NCBI GenBank assembly: GCA_048937485.1
Contig: JBHLND010000001.1
Location: 1-57,059 of the forward strand
Length of the DNA: 57,059 nucleotides
Reading direction: 5' to 3'
Source: Promethearchaeota archaeon
Lineage (GTDB): Archaea; Asgardarchaeota; Thorarchaeia; Thorarchaeales; Thorarchaeaceae
The notes under the pieces are model-generated. The model worked only from the letters and a program-made list of their open reading frames with translations, was not told where the DNA came from and did no database searches. Positions within the stretch are counted from its first letter, which is position 1. Each line of letters starts with the position of its first letter. The position numbers were made by a program, and so were the translations under genes. Below, in pieces: positions 8,991 to 17,559 of this stretch.

Positions 8991-10955
8991 ATGAGGAGGC
9001 CACTCACTGCAATGACCCTCATAATACTGGGATTGATTCTGGTGTCCATGAGCAATACAGATGCCGTATCAGCCGAAGGTGAAACAGTAGTAATCAGAGG
9101 AGCTTCTATACCACTGACAGCAAGACTACTTCAGAATGGAACTTATGGCAATCCAGTTCCCAACCAAATCATAGATTTCTATGACGAACTCTTAGGAACA
9201 TACCTCGGGTCTGATGTAACAGACTCGAATGGCTATGCATCCATAATCTGGAATATTCCCTCAAATCACCCGCTAGGTATTACAATTATCAATGCCACTT
9301 TCGCAGGTAATGCAACACTTTCTTTAGCTCCATCGTTTCAGTATGCATTTGTACATGTAGTATCAAATACTCAGATATCCATTCAGAATCTTCCTGAAAC
9401 AATCTATCCAGGTGATGATTTATCTTTCACAGTCCTGTTACAGAATGATCTTGGAGAAGCTATAGCGGGTGCAATTCTAGCAGTTAGTACAGACAATACA
9501 CAGATTGCCATAGCTTCGACGAACGTAACTGGTTATGCCATTTTCAGCTTTCAGTGCAATGCATCATGGTGCCACCTTGGCTTGAATGAATTAAGAGTAG
9601 TCTACGAAGAAGACCTCGTGGGATATAACTCGGGTTATGAATTGGATTTCCAAATAAACATCGAACAAATTCAATCATCAATAAGCATCGAATCTACAAT
9701 CCCATACGCTGTCAATTTGACTGATACATTTCAGATCCAAGTACTGGCTGAAACGGTTGAAGGCTATCTCCAAGATACTCTCCTTGGCATTTATCTGGAT
9801 GATATTCCTATTGATACGATTACTACAGATGCACTAGGATATGCAGGCTATACTCTGAATGTTGATTCCCGTTTCAGTCTCGGCAAACATACTCTACGAA
9901 TTTACTTCAACGGGAGCGAACGATATACAACAACCCATGCAGAAACCACCATCGAAGTTGAAAGTCCTATATCAATAGATATCACTAAACCCGAATACTC
10001 CATTCTAGGTTTAGAGAATGAATTTGGGATTGAAGTATCCGATGTACTCAATAGACCCATACAAAATGCAACAATTACTATCCATGATCCTGCTACTAAT
10101 ACTGATTATGTAGAACAAGTCCCTCCCGGTCATATATCACTGATTATAGCTTTACTTTTTGAAGGTCCAGTTGGCCCAAGAAGCCTAACTATATCAGTTT
10201 CTGGGAATGATTTCATAACAAACAAATCTCATTCATTCGACTTGACAATATGGCTACAACCTGAACTCACATTGATTGAGAGCAGCATTCTTGGCTATGC
10301 ATCGCCTTCACAAAGGTTCTCATTAGAAATACAGCTTAATGGAATCGATGGGGGTCTACCTGATAAGGTCTTAGAAGTACTCAATCATCAAGGAACACCA
10401 AGTGAAGTTCTTGTAACAGATTCAATTGGACTTGTTCATTTCTCCATAACAGCACCAGACACAATAGGTGACTTCACAATTGCACTAATTTACACGGGGA
10501 TGCAATCCGAATATGAGCTGTCTACGACATTTTACTACAGCTTCAAAGTGAGGAGAATTATCCCAGTAATGGTTCAGCTTGATTATTATGAGGTAATTTC
10601 ACCAGCACAGGAGATATTCGTTCGCTTCGTTATGAGGGGCTATAATGGATCATTCCTCCAAGGCATTGGATTCACTTACACTTGGACGGAGTTTACTGTA
10701 CGAACCATTAGTCAAAGCAATGGAATCATTGACATCCACTTGCCAGTGCCTGGTGTGGGTGCTTACATTCTCTACTATGAGTCCGAAGAATCACCAACTC
10801 TGGAATCCTGTTCAGGAAACATAACAATCACTATATCCGGAATAGAAGCAATAGCTGCCCAAGGTGTAGGCATCTCAGGATTTGTAGTCAGCATTACCCT
10901 TTCATTAGCACTTGTGGGCATACCAGTTATTTACAGAAAGTATATGATTGGTTAG
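8991..10955 (+). CDS. Secreted, C-terminally membrane-anchored surface protein with repeated Ig-like modules
   Basis: Signal peptide MRRPLTAMTLIILGLILVSMSNTDAVSA from ATG 8991 (the ORF opens at GTG 8964). Repeated T(D/N)xxG(Y/L)A beta-sandwich-type motifs, many NxS/T sequons, and a terminal TM helix plus basic tail (IPVIYRKYMIG). Confidence 0.75.
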   Translation: MRRPLTAMTLIILGLILVSMSNTDAVSAEGETVVIRGASIPLTARLLQNGTYGNPVPNQIIDFYDELLGTYLGSDVTDSNGYASIIWNIPSNHPLGITIINATFAGNATLSLAPSFQYAFVHVVSNTQISIQNLPETIYPGDDLSFTVLLQNDLGEAIAGAILAVSTDNTQIAIASTNVTGYAIFSFQCNASWCHLGLNELRVVYEEDLVGYNSGYELDFQINIEQIQSSISIESTIPYAVNLTDTFQIQVLAETVEGYLQDTLLGIYLDDIPIDTITTDALGYAGYTLNVDSRFSLGKHTLRIYFNGSERYTTTHAETTIEVESPISIDITKPEYSILGLENEFGIEVSDVLNRPIQNATITIHDPATNTDYVEQVPPGHISLIIALLFEGPVGPRSLTISVSGNDFITNKSHSFDLTIWLQPELTLIESSILGYASPSQRFSLEIQLNGIDGGLPDKVLEVLNHQGTPSEVLVTDSIGLVHFSITAPDTIGDFTIALIYTGMQSEYELSTTFYYSFKVRRIIPVMVQLDYYEVISPAQEIFVRFVMRGYNGSFLQGIGFTYTWTEFTVRTISQSNGIIDIHLPVPGVGAYILYYESEESPTLESCSGNITITISGIEAIAAQGVGISGFVVSITLSLALVGIPVIYRKYMIG

Positions 10956-10962
10956 AAAGCAG

Positions 10963-11071
10963 TGGTGCTCCGGCCGGGATTTGAACCCGGGTCGGGGGAT
11001 CGAGAGTCCCCCATGCTGGGCCGGACTACACTCGGTCATACTGTATCCATACACAATACATCTACCGGAGC
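10963..11071 (-). tRNA. tRNA-Glu (anticodon CUC) with a non-canonical intron near positions 8-10; CCA encoded
   Basis: Minus-strand cloverleaf. Acceptor GCTCCGG/CCGGAGC; D-arm GTGT-AGTCCGGCCCA-GCAT; anticodon arm GGGGA-CTCTCGA-TCCCC; T-arm CCGGG-TTCAAAT-CCCGG; discriminator A plus CCA. About 31 nt are inserted between the acceptor strand and the D-arm. Confidence 0.85.
11032..11062 (-). other. Putative tRNA-Glu intron (about 31 nt; junction ambiguous by +/-2 nt because AG repeats at both ends)
   Basis: The sequence GATGTATTGTGTATGGATACAGTATGACCGA separates GCTCCGGTA from GTGTAGTCC. It contains the hairpin TGTAT/ATACA. Confidence 0.6.
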
Positions 11072-11214
11072 TTGAATGCACCAGTCCGGAGCGGGTCGGC
11101 ACCTTCTAGAGAACAAATAAGGTTTTCCTATTGAATGGCTCATATAATTTGAAGCAATACCTTCTCCAAGAATCTGATGTCAACTAAGACCCAATGACTC
11201 GATATTCGCTTCCA

Positions 11215-11421
11215 TTAAGGAAGGAATTGAGTCAGCCCATTCCAACTATCCTCTAAAAGCTGAAGCAGTCCGGCAACCACATTCTGTGCCCATCCTGTTG
11301 CCTGAAAGATTACTGCAATCACAATGGAGATTGTAATAACAGCTAGGCCAAGAAGAAGACTCTCTTCCACTAATGGTCCCCCTCTTTCATCATGTAGAGG
11401 ACTCTTGGTTGCTTCCATCAA
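11215..11421 (-). CDS. Small Flp/class-III-signal-peptide-like putative pilin
   Basis: 68 aa. A charged N-terminus is followed by RGGPLVEESLLLGLAVITISIVIAVIF, which resembles the Flp G/xxxxEY-type processing motif plus a hydrophobic helix. It lies immediately downstream of the secretion-type ATPase. Confidence 0.45.
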   Translation of the reverse strand: MMEATKSPLHDERGGPLVEESLLLGLAVITISIVIAVIFQATGWAQNVVAGLLQLLEDSWNGLTQFLP

Positions 11422-11520
11422 TTCACACCTGAAACTGAATCTGCATTTTCATATTTTAAGTACCCCAAATTTGTGAATTTTGCCTAATAATTGCTAAACA
11501 GCAAATTCTTCTCCCCATAG

Positions 11521-13239
11521 CTAATGGCCGACATACTTCATTGGATGTCCGAATCCCCACAGCTTTTCACTCAGTTTAAACTCGTTTGAATCTGAAGTGC
11601 AAAGAACCTGTTCTCGAAGATCTTCAATAATCGCCCTGTATGCTGGAAAATGACTGGCAGAACCTGCTTGTCTTGCATGAAATTGAAACGCCCCATCTTT
11701 AGACCAAGTGATTGAACTCGGTTCATTGCTTGAATAAACAGTGTTCAATCCACGAAATTCGAGAAAGCCATTAGCAATATCCTTTCGTATTTCTACAATC
11801 TCGCTGACCAATCTCGTGGACTCGCCAGGAACAGGTTTCCTTAAAGTAACAATTACATCACCCAATGCCAAACTTGAGTTCTCTATTCCATGGCCGTGTG
11901 TCCATCTTGCAAGCAAACTTGCAGCAGAGAAACTGTGACAAGTTTGTATTGTGCGTAAACCAGCAGCCAAAGCTTGAAAGAGAGCTCTGCTATGTTCTAT
12001 TGTTTGAATTTCTCCCAGTATCATATAGTCCGGAGACCGATGAAGGCTTTTGATTATCTCAGATGTCTTATCAAATCGATGTTCTACTTCATCAACAGGA
12101 TCAACCCTTATTCGAATCTGATGATGTTCTCTCTGACTTCTACTCTCTATTGCGTCTTCAATGTACAATTTTCTCCACGATCGTGGACTACTCAAATCCA
12201 ATGCATTAAGAAGGGTGGTTTTGCCTGAACCAGGTTCTCCTGTGATTGTAATATTGAACCGGCAGCTAAGGGCAAGAAGAAGGACGGCTGCCGCCTCAAT
12301 GGGAAGCGTACCATTCTCAATCAAGTCTGGAATTGAAAACGGTTCTTGACGTGCGCGGCGAATTTCCAGATGAAGCCCATCTGGAGTTAAGGGTGGGGTA
12401 CTGACAGAAACCCGTAGCGATGAACCAAGAATATTGATGTCAGTCTTCAATGATGGGTTCCTTCGGTCAAGATGCAAATTACTTTCAGCTCTAAATAGCG
12501 TCACAAGACGTGAAACAGAACCACAATCAAATGTCACAGAAGATGTACATCTTCCATGTCTAGCATGATCAAAATACACTGAAGTTAGTGGTTTATCAAG
12601 ATATACTTCTTCAACATCATCATCCAGTAAAATCGGGATTAGAGGATTGAGTACAGTAGAACGGTTCGCGACAATAACTGAGATTCTGTTTCTTGTGAGC
12701 TCATTAATCTCTGGCAATGTTGCCGATATTCTCTGAGACACACAAGAAGCCAAGTGTTGAAGTCTATCTGAAAGATCGGTTCTTGTGCCAGGTTTTCCAT
12801 CAGTGATTTTAGACATATCACGGACTAGCTCATCCACTAACGCCAGTTCAAGTGATGTTCGAACAAATGGATAGCTTTCATGAATCACATCATTAGCACC
12901 TGGTTTCGCAAAGAACACAGAAAGATATGGTCCAACTGAATAAACATCAATAAGCCTCTGCGGAGCTGTCATTAGTTTCGTGTGCATGCTCACATGAGCA
13001 GTTTCCCATCCATCCTGTTGCCAAGGTGGCTGCAAAAGCTTTTCATCTTTCAAGCTGATAAAATGAATCAGCTTCCTATCGGCCTCTACCAATAGAACTC
13101 TCCCATTACTAGAATCACCCTGAAGCGCCAAGAGGTTCATACAACCAAGATCAGAAGAATCCCGACAGTTACTACATCTACCTTTTGGGCAACATATGGT
13201 TCGTACACAATACTCTATCATCTCAAGCTCGCTCATCAA
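11521..13239 (-). CDS. Type II/IV secretion / type IV pilus family ATPase (TadA/VirB11/FlaI-like)
   Basis: Walker A ITGEPGSGKTTLLNAL, Walker B-like PDYMILGEIQT and His-box TCHS. The N-terminus is Cys-rich (CCPKGRCSNC...GC). Start may be 13239, 13236 or 13221; 13221 abuts the TFB-like stop codon. Confidence 0.85.
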   Translation of the reverse strand: MMSELEMIEYCVRTICCPKGRCSNCRDSSDLGCMNLLALQGDSSNGRVLLVEADRKLIHFISLKDEKLLQPPWQQDGWETAHVSMHTKLMTAPQRLIDVYSVGPYLSVFFAKPGANDVIHESYPFVRTSLELALVDELVRDMSKITDGKPGTRTDLSDRLQHLASCVSQRISATLPEINELTRNRISVIVANRSTVLNPLIPILLDDDVEEVYLDKPLTSVYFDHARHGRCTSSVTFDCGSVSRLVTLFRAESNLHLDRRNPSLKTDINILGSSLRVSVSTPPLTPDGLHLEIRRARQEPFSIPDLIENGTLPIEAAAVLLLALSCRFNITITGEPGSGKTTLLNALDLSSPRSWRKLYIEDAIESRSQREHHQIRIRVDPVDEVEHRFDKTSEIIKSLHRSPDYMILGEIQTIEHSRALFQALAAGLRTIQTCHSFSAASLLARWTHGHGIENSSLALGDVIVTLRKPVPGESTRLVSEIVEIRKDIANGFLEFRGLNTVYSSNEPSSITWSKDGAFQFHARQAGSASHFPAYRAIIEDLREQVLCTSDSNEFKLSEKLWGFGHPMKYVGH

Positions 13240-14284
13240 CTATTGCTACTACCTTCTTCATCATTCCAAAGTGGTCACGAATACTGTACTCAGCTACCTC
13301 AGTAGCATTCGATGTGAGCTTCTGAGTCAATACAGATCGCCTACCATGATCATCCGCAATCAAGCGGTCACTAGCATAAGCCGCAGATACGGTGAATATG
13401 TAGGGATTTCTCCCGCCACGTTTCGAAGCTGGAATAACCTCCAGAACCTCAAACATCTTCTCCCGTAGAGCATTCTCGTAATCCTTTGGATTCCAGCCAC
13501 GTGATATAATCTTATCAACTACTTTTTTGCTATTCATAAGCATGGAGAGTACCCTTGGAACATAGTCCTCAGGCCGACGGATTTCAGGAGCAACTCCTGT
13601 TAGCGACCTGAGTCGTAGTGCTTCTCTCACAATGGCTCTTACATTCACCCTATGACCACATTTCTCAAATGTAGTAGCGATTTCTTCTAATGTTATCGGG
13701 GCGTCATTCTTAAACTCTCGAACCGCCATAAGAAGGCAAACTGCAACTAGCAGGATATTATTTGAAATCTTACTGGATGATTCAGAAGTTATCTTCTTGT
13801 ACAAATACGCTGTTCGATCTCTCACCTGTTCATTAAGCATCAGCAATTTCGAAACATGATTAAGAGTTCTGAGAGCTCGATACTTTGCTTCGTTCTTGCC
13901 AATTCTTATACGTGTGCTATAGACTGTCTTGAGACGCTTAAACTTCTTCTGCATCCTTGATGACAGTACTTGCCCATGCGAATCCTGGAAATATTTCTCC
14001 TTGTGAAAGCCAATGTAGCTTCCAAGCCCATCGACAATATGCATTCTGTTTCCAAGAGACACAAAGACACTTGCATCTGGTGTATCATTTCCTACATTCT
14101 CACCCATCTGATAGGTAGGTAAGACATATTCCCTCGAAACAGCTAGTCCACATTCAGCACACACCAAGAACCCTTGGTTTATCACCAACAATCCGGAGCA
14201 TTCCGGACACGACCAAGATGAACCTTGAATAACCTCGAATGTTTCATCGATCAAAGACCACACCCAAAAAAGAACCAACGCCAA
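13223..14284 (-). CDS. tfb: Transcription factor B (TFIIB)-like protein, divergent
   Basis: Zn-ribbon CPEC...CAEC is followed by two cyclin-like repeats (RDRTAYLYKKI..., AVCLLMAVRE..., FTVSAAYASDRL). The ORF opens at TTG 14284 and has no early ATG. Confidence 0.8.
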   Translation of the reverse strand: MALVLFWVWSLIDETFEVIQGSSWSCPECSGLLVINQGFLVCAECGLAVSREYVLPTYQMGENVGNDTPDASVFVSLGNRMHIVDGLGSYIGFHKEKYFQDSHGQVLSSRMQKKFKRLKTVYSTRIRIGKNEAKYRALRTLNHVSKLLMLNEQVRDRTAYLYKKITSESSSKISNNILLVAVCLLMAVREFKNDAPITLEEIATTFEKCGHRVNVRAIVREALRLRSLTGVAPEIRRPEDYVPRVLSMLMNSKKVVDKIISRGWNPKDYENALREKMFEVLEVIPASKRGGRNPYIFTVSAAYASDRLIADDHGRRSVLTQKLTSNATEVAEYSIRDHFGMMKKVVAIVDERA

Positions 14285-14443
14285 ATCCTAACTGGCTTTC
14301 AGGATATTGGAATTCTATCTGTGGAACTATCAGTACTACACGATAGACCAAAAGTACCATAAAGTAGGCAGAGATAGCCCCGACAGAAAGGGGGATAACC
14401 GAAACTAATCTAGGTTTCTGGAAATATGAATTTGTATTCCTAT

Positions 14444-14809
14444 TTACTGAATCATAAAATAGACCTTGTCAGAGTCAAACGTATTCTTCTGTGCAGTGGT
14501 TGGCTTGGTAAGGTTCACTACCAACCTGAGTCCACCAATAGCACCAATAACATTCAGACCACCATTGTCACTAGTCCGAAAGACCTTGCTCTCAAGGTAA
14601 AGCTTCGATTTCTCTCCTCGTGTAAGTGGTTTGGAATCAATAACAACAACAATAGAGTCCTGTGGATTCAATGTGTCACAAAGAGCTTCAGGCAGCTCAA
14701 GTGTTATCTTGGCACCTTCTTCTTTGGATGAAATCTGTACAAGTTTAAGTCTCTTAGTTTCAGTATCATCAATAGATTCTATCACTGCATCTCTAAGCCT
14801 GACAACCAT
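14444..14809 (-). CDS. rpo8: Probable RNA polymerase subunit Rpo8 (RpoG/Rpb8-like)
   Basis: 121 aa. GAIGGLRLVVNL and the C-terminal DKVYFMIQ resemble the crenarchaeal RpoG motifs (SLFGLLVKII ... DHVYFCVKK, recalled from memory). It sits next to the TFB-like gene. Confidence 0.5.
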   Translation of the reverse strand: MVVRLRDAVIESIDDTETKRLKLVQISSKEEGAKITLELPEALCDTLNPQDSIVVVIDSKPLTRGEKSKLYLESKVFRTSDNGGLNVIGAIGGLRLVVNLTKPTTAQKNTFDSDKVYFMIQ

Positions 14810-14928
14810 GAGTCCAACACTCCAAGCCCATGGGCCTATCTGGGAACGACTAGGTCTGGAATTAAAGTTGTCGCTATATTCATGTGCTCTTTTTTAGGCA
14901 ATGTCAAGACTTCTTCTCGGTGGGTATA

Positions 14929-17559
14929 TTGAACCAGCGGATACTAGCAATCTTCTCGGTTTCAGCAATTATGGTTCTTTGCATGGCTGCTCCCGTTTCT
15001 GCATTTTATTTCGAATTTTTCTATTTTGAAACTGACAAGCTGGTTTACGAAGTTGGTGAAACAATCGATATGGTTGCCAAATTAATTGCCGACTTCAGCC
15101 AAGATGGCTGGTGTCACGTATCATTTGCAGTTGTCACTGATCATGGACCGGTATTTGCTGATAGCTATTCAATCTCCTCATCCCCAGACATTCGTTATCC
15201 AAATTCATCGTACACTATTCAGCCAGATCATACATCTCCAGGGATTGATGGAGTTGTTGCTTATGTAATCTTCAATGTAGAGATATACGATGGATACTCC
15301 CAAGGAGGTGGGGATACAATTGAGATTAATATCACAAGGGGTAGCCTTCATGTTGTTTCACAATCTTCTACAAGTATTGAATTCGGTACGAATGAAACAT
15401 TAGAGCTCAAGGTGAAAAGCATCCATAACAACAATGTAGTATATTCTAGCAGTCCAGTCACAATCTCAATCTACAACGAATCCTCATCAGAGATCTTCAG
15501 CGGAAATGCAACTACCAATGCCAACGGTTCAATTTTCATTGACTGTGATTCGAGTTTTGGCTTGCCTGGCGCTTATGACATTGAAATCTCTAGCAACGGT
15601 ACCGAAGACTTTCTTCCGCTCTTCCAGTCAGTCCCAATAACAATTCTTCCTGCCTCCTCCAATCTTAGTATTCTATCTGCTCCAACTTCTGTAATCTGTG
15701 AAACCCCAAATGGAATCTATGCGGAATCTGTGGATATTGCTGTACAACATACTACGGGAACAGATAGCATGCCTTTGAACGATAGCATCATACAATGGAC
15801 AACAGTCTTCTCAAGTGGTACTATGGATAATTTGGGTAACGGTCTGTATAGCATCTCAATACCGTTCCACATCGCACCTGGAAACCAGCTGATCAATCTT
15901 ACCGCAACAAATCCTCTTTATCAAACTGAGTTTGCAACTATCAGCATAAACGTCATTCCCAGGAATGCTGCTGTAGAAGTCAATGCGCCTCAGGACCATA
16001 TAATTGCTACACCTCTTGTGTTTAATGTCACAATAACTGACCTTGTCACTGGATCCGAAATTGAATCCTATCCTCTGTCAATTGACTTAGTTATAGCATC
16101 CACAACAATTGATAGCATTACAGGTATTACCAATGCACTTGGGCAACTGTTTGTCTCGTTTAGTATTCCCCAAGAAAGCTGGGGTTCTGGTAGTCTAATA
16201 ATCACAAGCCAAGGTACATCTCATTTCATGCCAAGCAACTACTCAATAGGAATGGATTTCCACTTCTCTTCTCAAATATCACATCAGATACTACAACCAG
16301 CTGTTCTAGGTTATTCCGCTGAGATTTCAGTGACTCTTAAGAACCCGTTAGAGCTGCCAGTTGTTGGTGCTGATATTCATATCCTTAATGAAACCGGTTA
16401 CATTCTTGCAGCTGGAACTACAAACTCACAGGGAAATACCCATCTAATTTGGTTAGTTTCACCAAATACAGAAATCAGACTTCAGAACTACACTCTTCAT
16501 ATACTGGCCAATACTTTAACTTACCTAGCAGAAAGCACCTCCACAATTCAAATTCAAGTTCAATATCCCCTGATTTTTCTACCCGATAACAGCACGTGGA
16601 ATGCAAATAGAAATTCAGATGTAACTGTACATTTCATACTTGATTCAGAATGGACTTTCAATCAGTCCATCAACGTTTCATTCAATGATTCTACTGGACA
16701 ATTTTCACAATCCGCATACATTCTAACAGATACGAATGCCAGCATTACCCTTTCAATTGAATCTGCTGTCGCACTTGGCAGACATATTGTCCTTGTAATC
16801 CTAGAAACTTCAGAGTATACAATTCTAGGTCCTAGCGAGTTTGAAATCGTTGTCACTGGAAGCATAAATGGAGCTGCGACACTTAGTACCATATACTACA
16901 GCGAGAATTATAGCCTATATCTAAACCTGCTTTACGATAACAACGAAGCTGTCCAATTTGTCGATATCCATATTCTTATTGACAACCAATTCATATCTGC
17001 ATTAGAAAACTGCAATACTTCATCCGAAATCTCCTTGGTGCTACCTTCATGGATTCTACCAGGCGAACATGAATTCCGCTTTGAAGTTTCAGCTGACTGG
17101 TGTACATCCCTAAACAGCTCAGTTTTCTCAACGGTCTGGATGAGAACTGAAATTGTGCTTATTATCGGAGAACAAGAACTTCAGCAAATTCTTGCTGCCG
17201 AAACAACCACTATAGAACCAAGTATTTCTCAGCCAAACATTCGTTTTAACAATTCATTAGGTTCAATCATGACTCCCCCACCAATTTTTGTCAAAGAATT
17301 GACCTCAACTCTACCCTCCACCGCTCTTGATACTTCTCCTGATAACTGTCCGAGACTTAGCTCTGGAACAAGCAAACGGTCCACAGAGTGTGCAAAAATG
17401 CGCACTGCTTCATCTGGGAATGGCCAAATTGTTCTAAGTCTAAAGGATCTAATCGCAGATTGGCTTAGGTTCTTTGTCATCAATTCGTCAACTGCTCTTG
17501 AAGTGCACCCATATGAAATAATCCCCCAGTCAGCTTCATCTGGTCCAGCTATTACGTAA
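14929..17559 (+). CDS. Secreted surface protein with repeated Ig-like modules; its 3' end runs antisense into korA
   Basis: The ORF opens at GTG 14884. TTG 14929 gives a clean signal peptide, M-NQRILAIFSVSAIMVLCMAAPVSA. TNANGS / TNALGQ / TNSQGN repeat motifs and many NxS/T sequons. No C-terminal TM anchor. The last ~110 codons overlap korA on the opposite strand. Confidence 0.65.
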   Translation: MNQRILAIFSVSAIMVLCMAAPVSAFYFEFFYFETDKLVYEVGETIDMVAKLIADFSQDGWCHVSFAVVTDHGPVFADSYSISSSPDIRYPNSSYTIQPDHTSPGIDGVVAYVIFNVEIYDGYSQGGGDTIEINITRGSLHVVSQSSTSIEFGTNETLELKVKSIHNNNVVYSSSPVTISIYNESSSEIFSGNATTNANGSIFIDCDSSFGLPGAYDIEISSNGTEDFLPLFQSVPITILPASSNLSILSAPTSVICETPNGIYAESVDIAVQHTTGTDSMPLNDSIIQWTTVFSSGTMDNLGNGLYSISIPFHIAPGNQLINLTATNPLYQTEFATISINVIPRNAAVEVNAPQDHIIATPLVFNVTITDLVTGSEIESYPLSIDLVIASTTIDSITGITNALGQLFVSFSIPQESWGSGSLIITSQGTSHFMPSNYSIGMDFHFSSQISHQILQPAVLGYSAEISVTLKNPLELPVVGADIHILNETGYILAAGTTNSQGNTHLIWLVSPNTEIRLQNYTLHILANTLTYLAESTSTIQIQVQYPLIFLPDNSTWNANRNSDVTVHFILDSEWTFNQSINVSFNDSTGQFSQSAYILTDTNASITLSIESAVALGRHIVLVILETSEYTILGPSEFEIVVTGSINGAATLSTIYYSENYSLYLNLLYDNNEAVQFVDIHILIDNQFISALENCNTSSEISLVLPSWILPGEHEFRFEVSADWCTSLNSSVFSTVWMRTEIVLIIGEQELQQILAAETTTIEPSISQPNIRFNNSLGSIMTPPPIFVKELTSTLPSTALDTSPDNCPRLSSGTSKRSTECAKMRTASSGNGQIVLSLKDLIADWLRFFVINSSTALEVHPYEIIPQSASSGPAIT

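Noticed and set aside
11072-11092. Second GCTCCGG heptamer as an att-type duplication from an integrated element
   Set aside because: Only 7 nt are duplicated, at the 5' side of the tRNA, and there is no integrase or other mobile-element gene nearby. It is treated as a possible pre-tRNA folding element instead.
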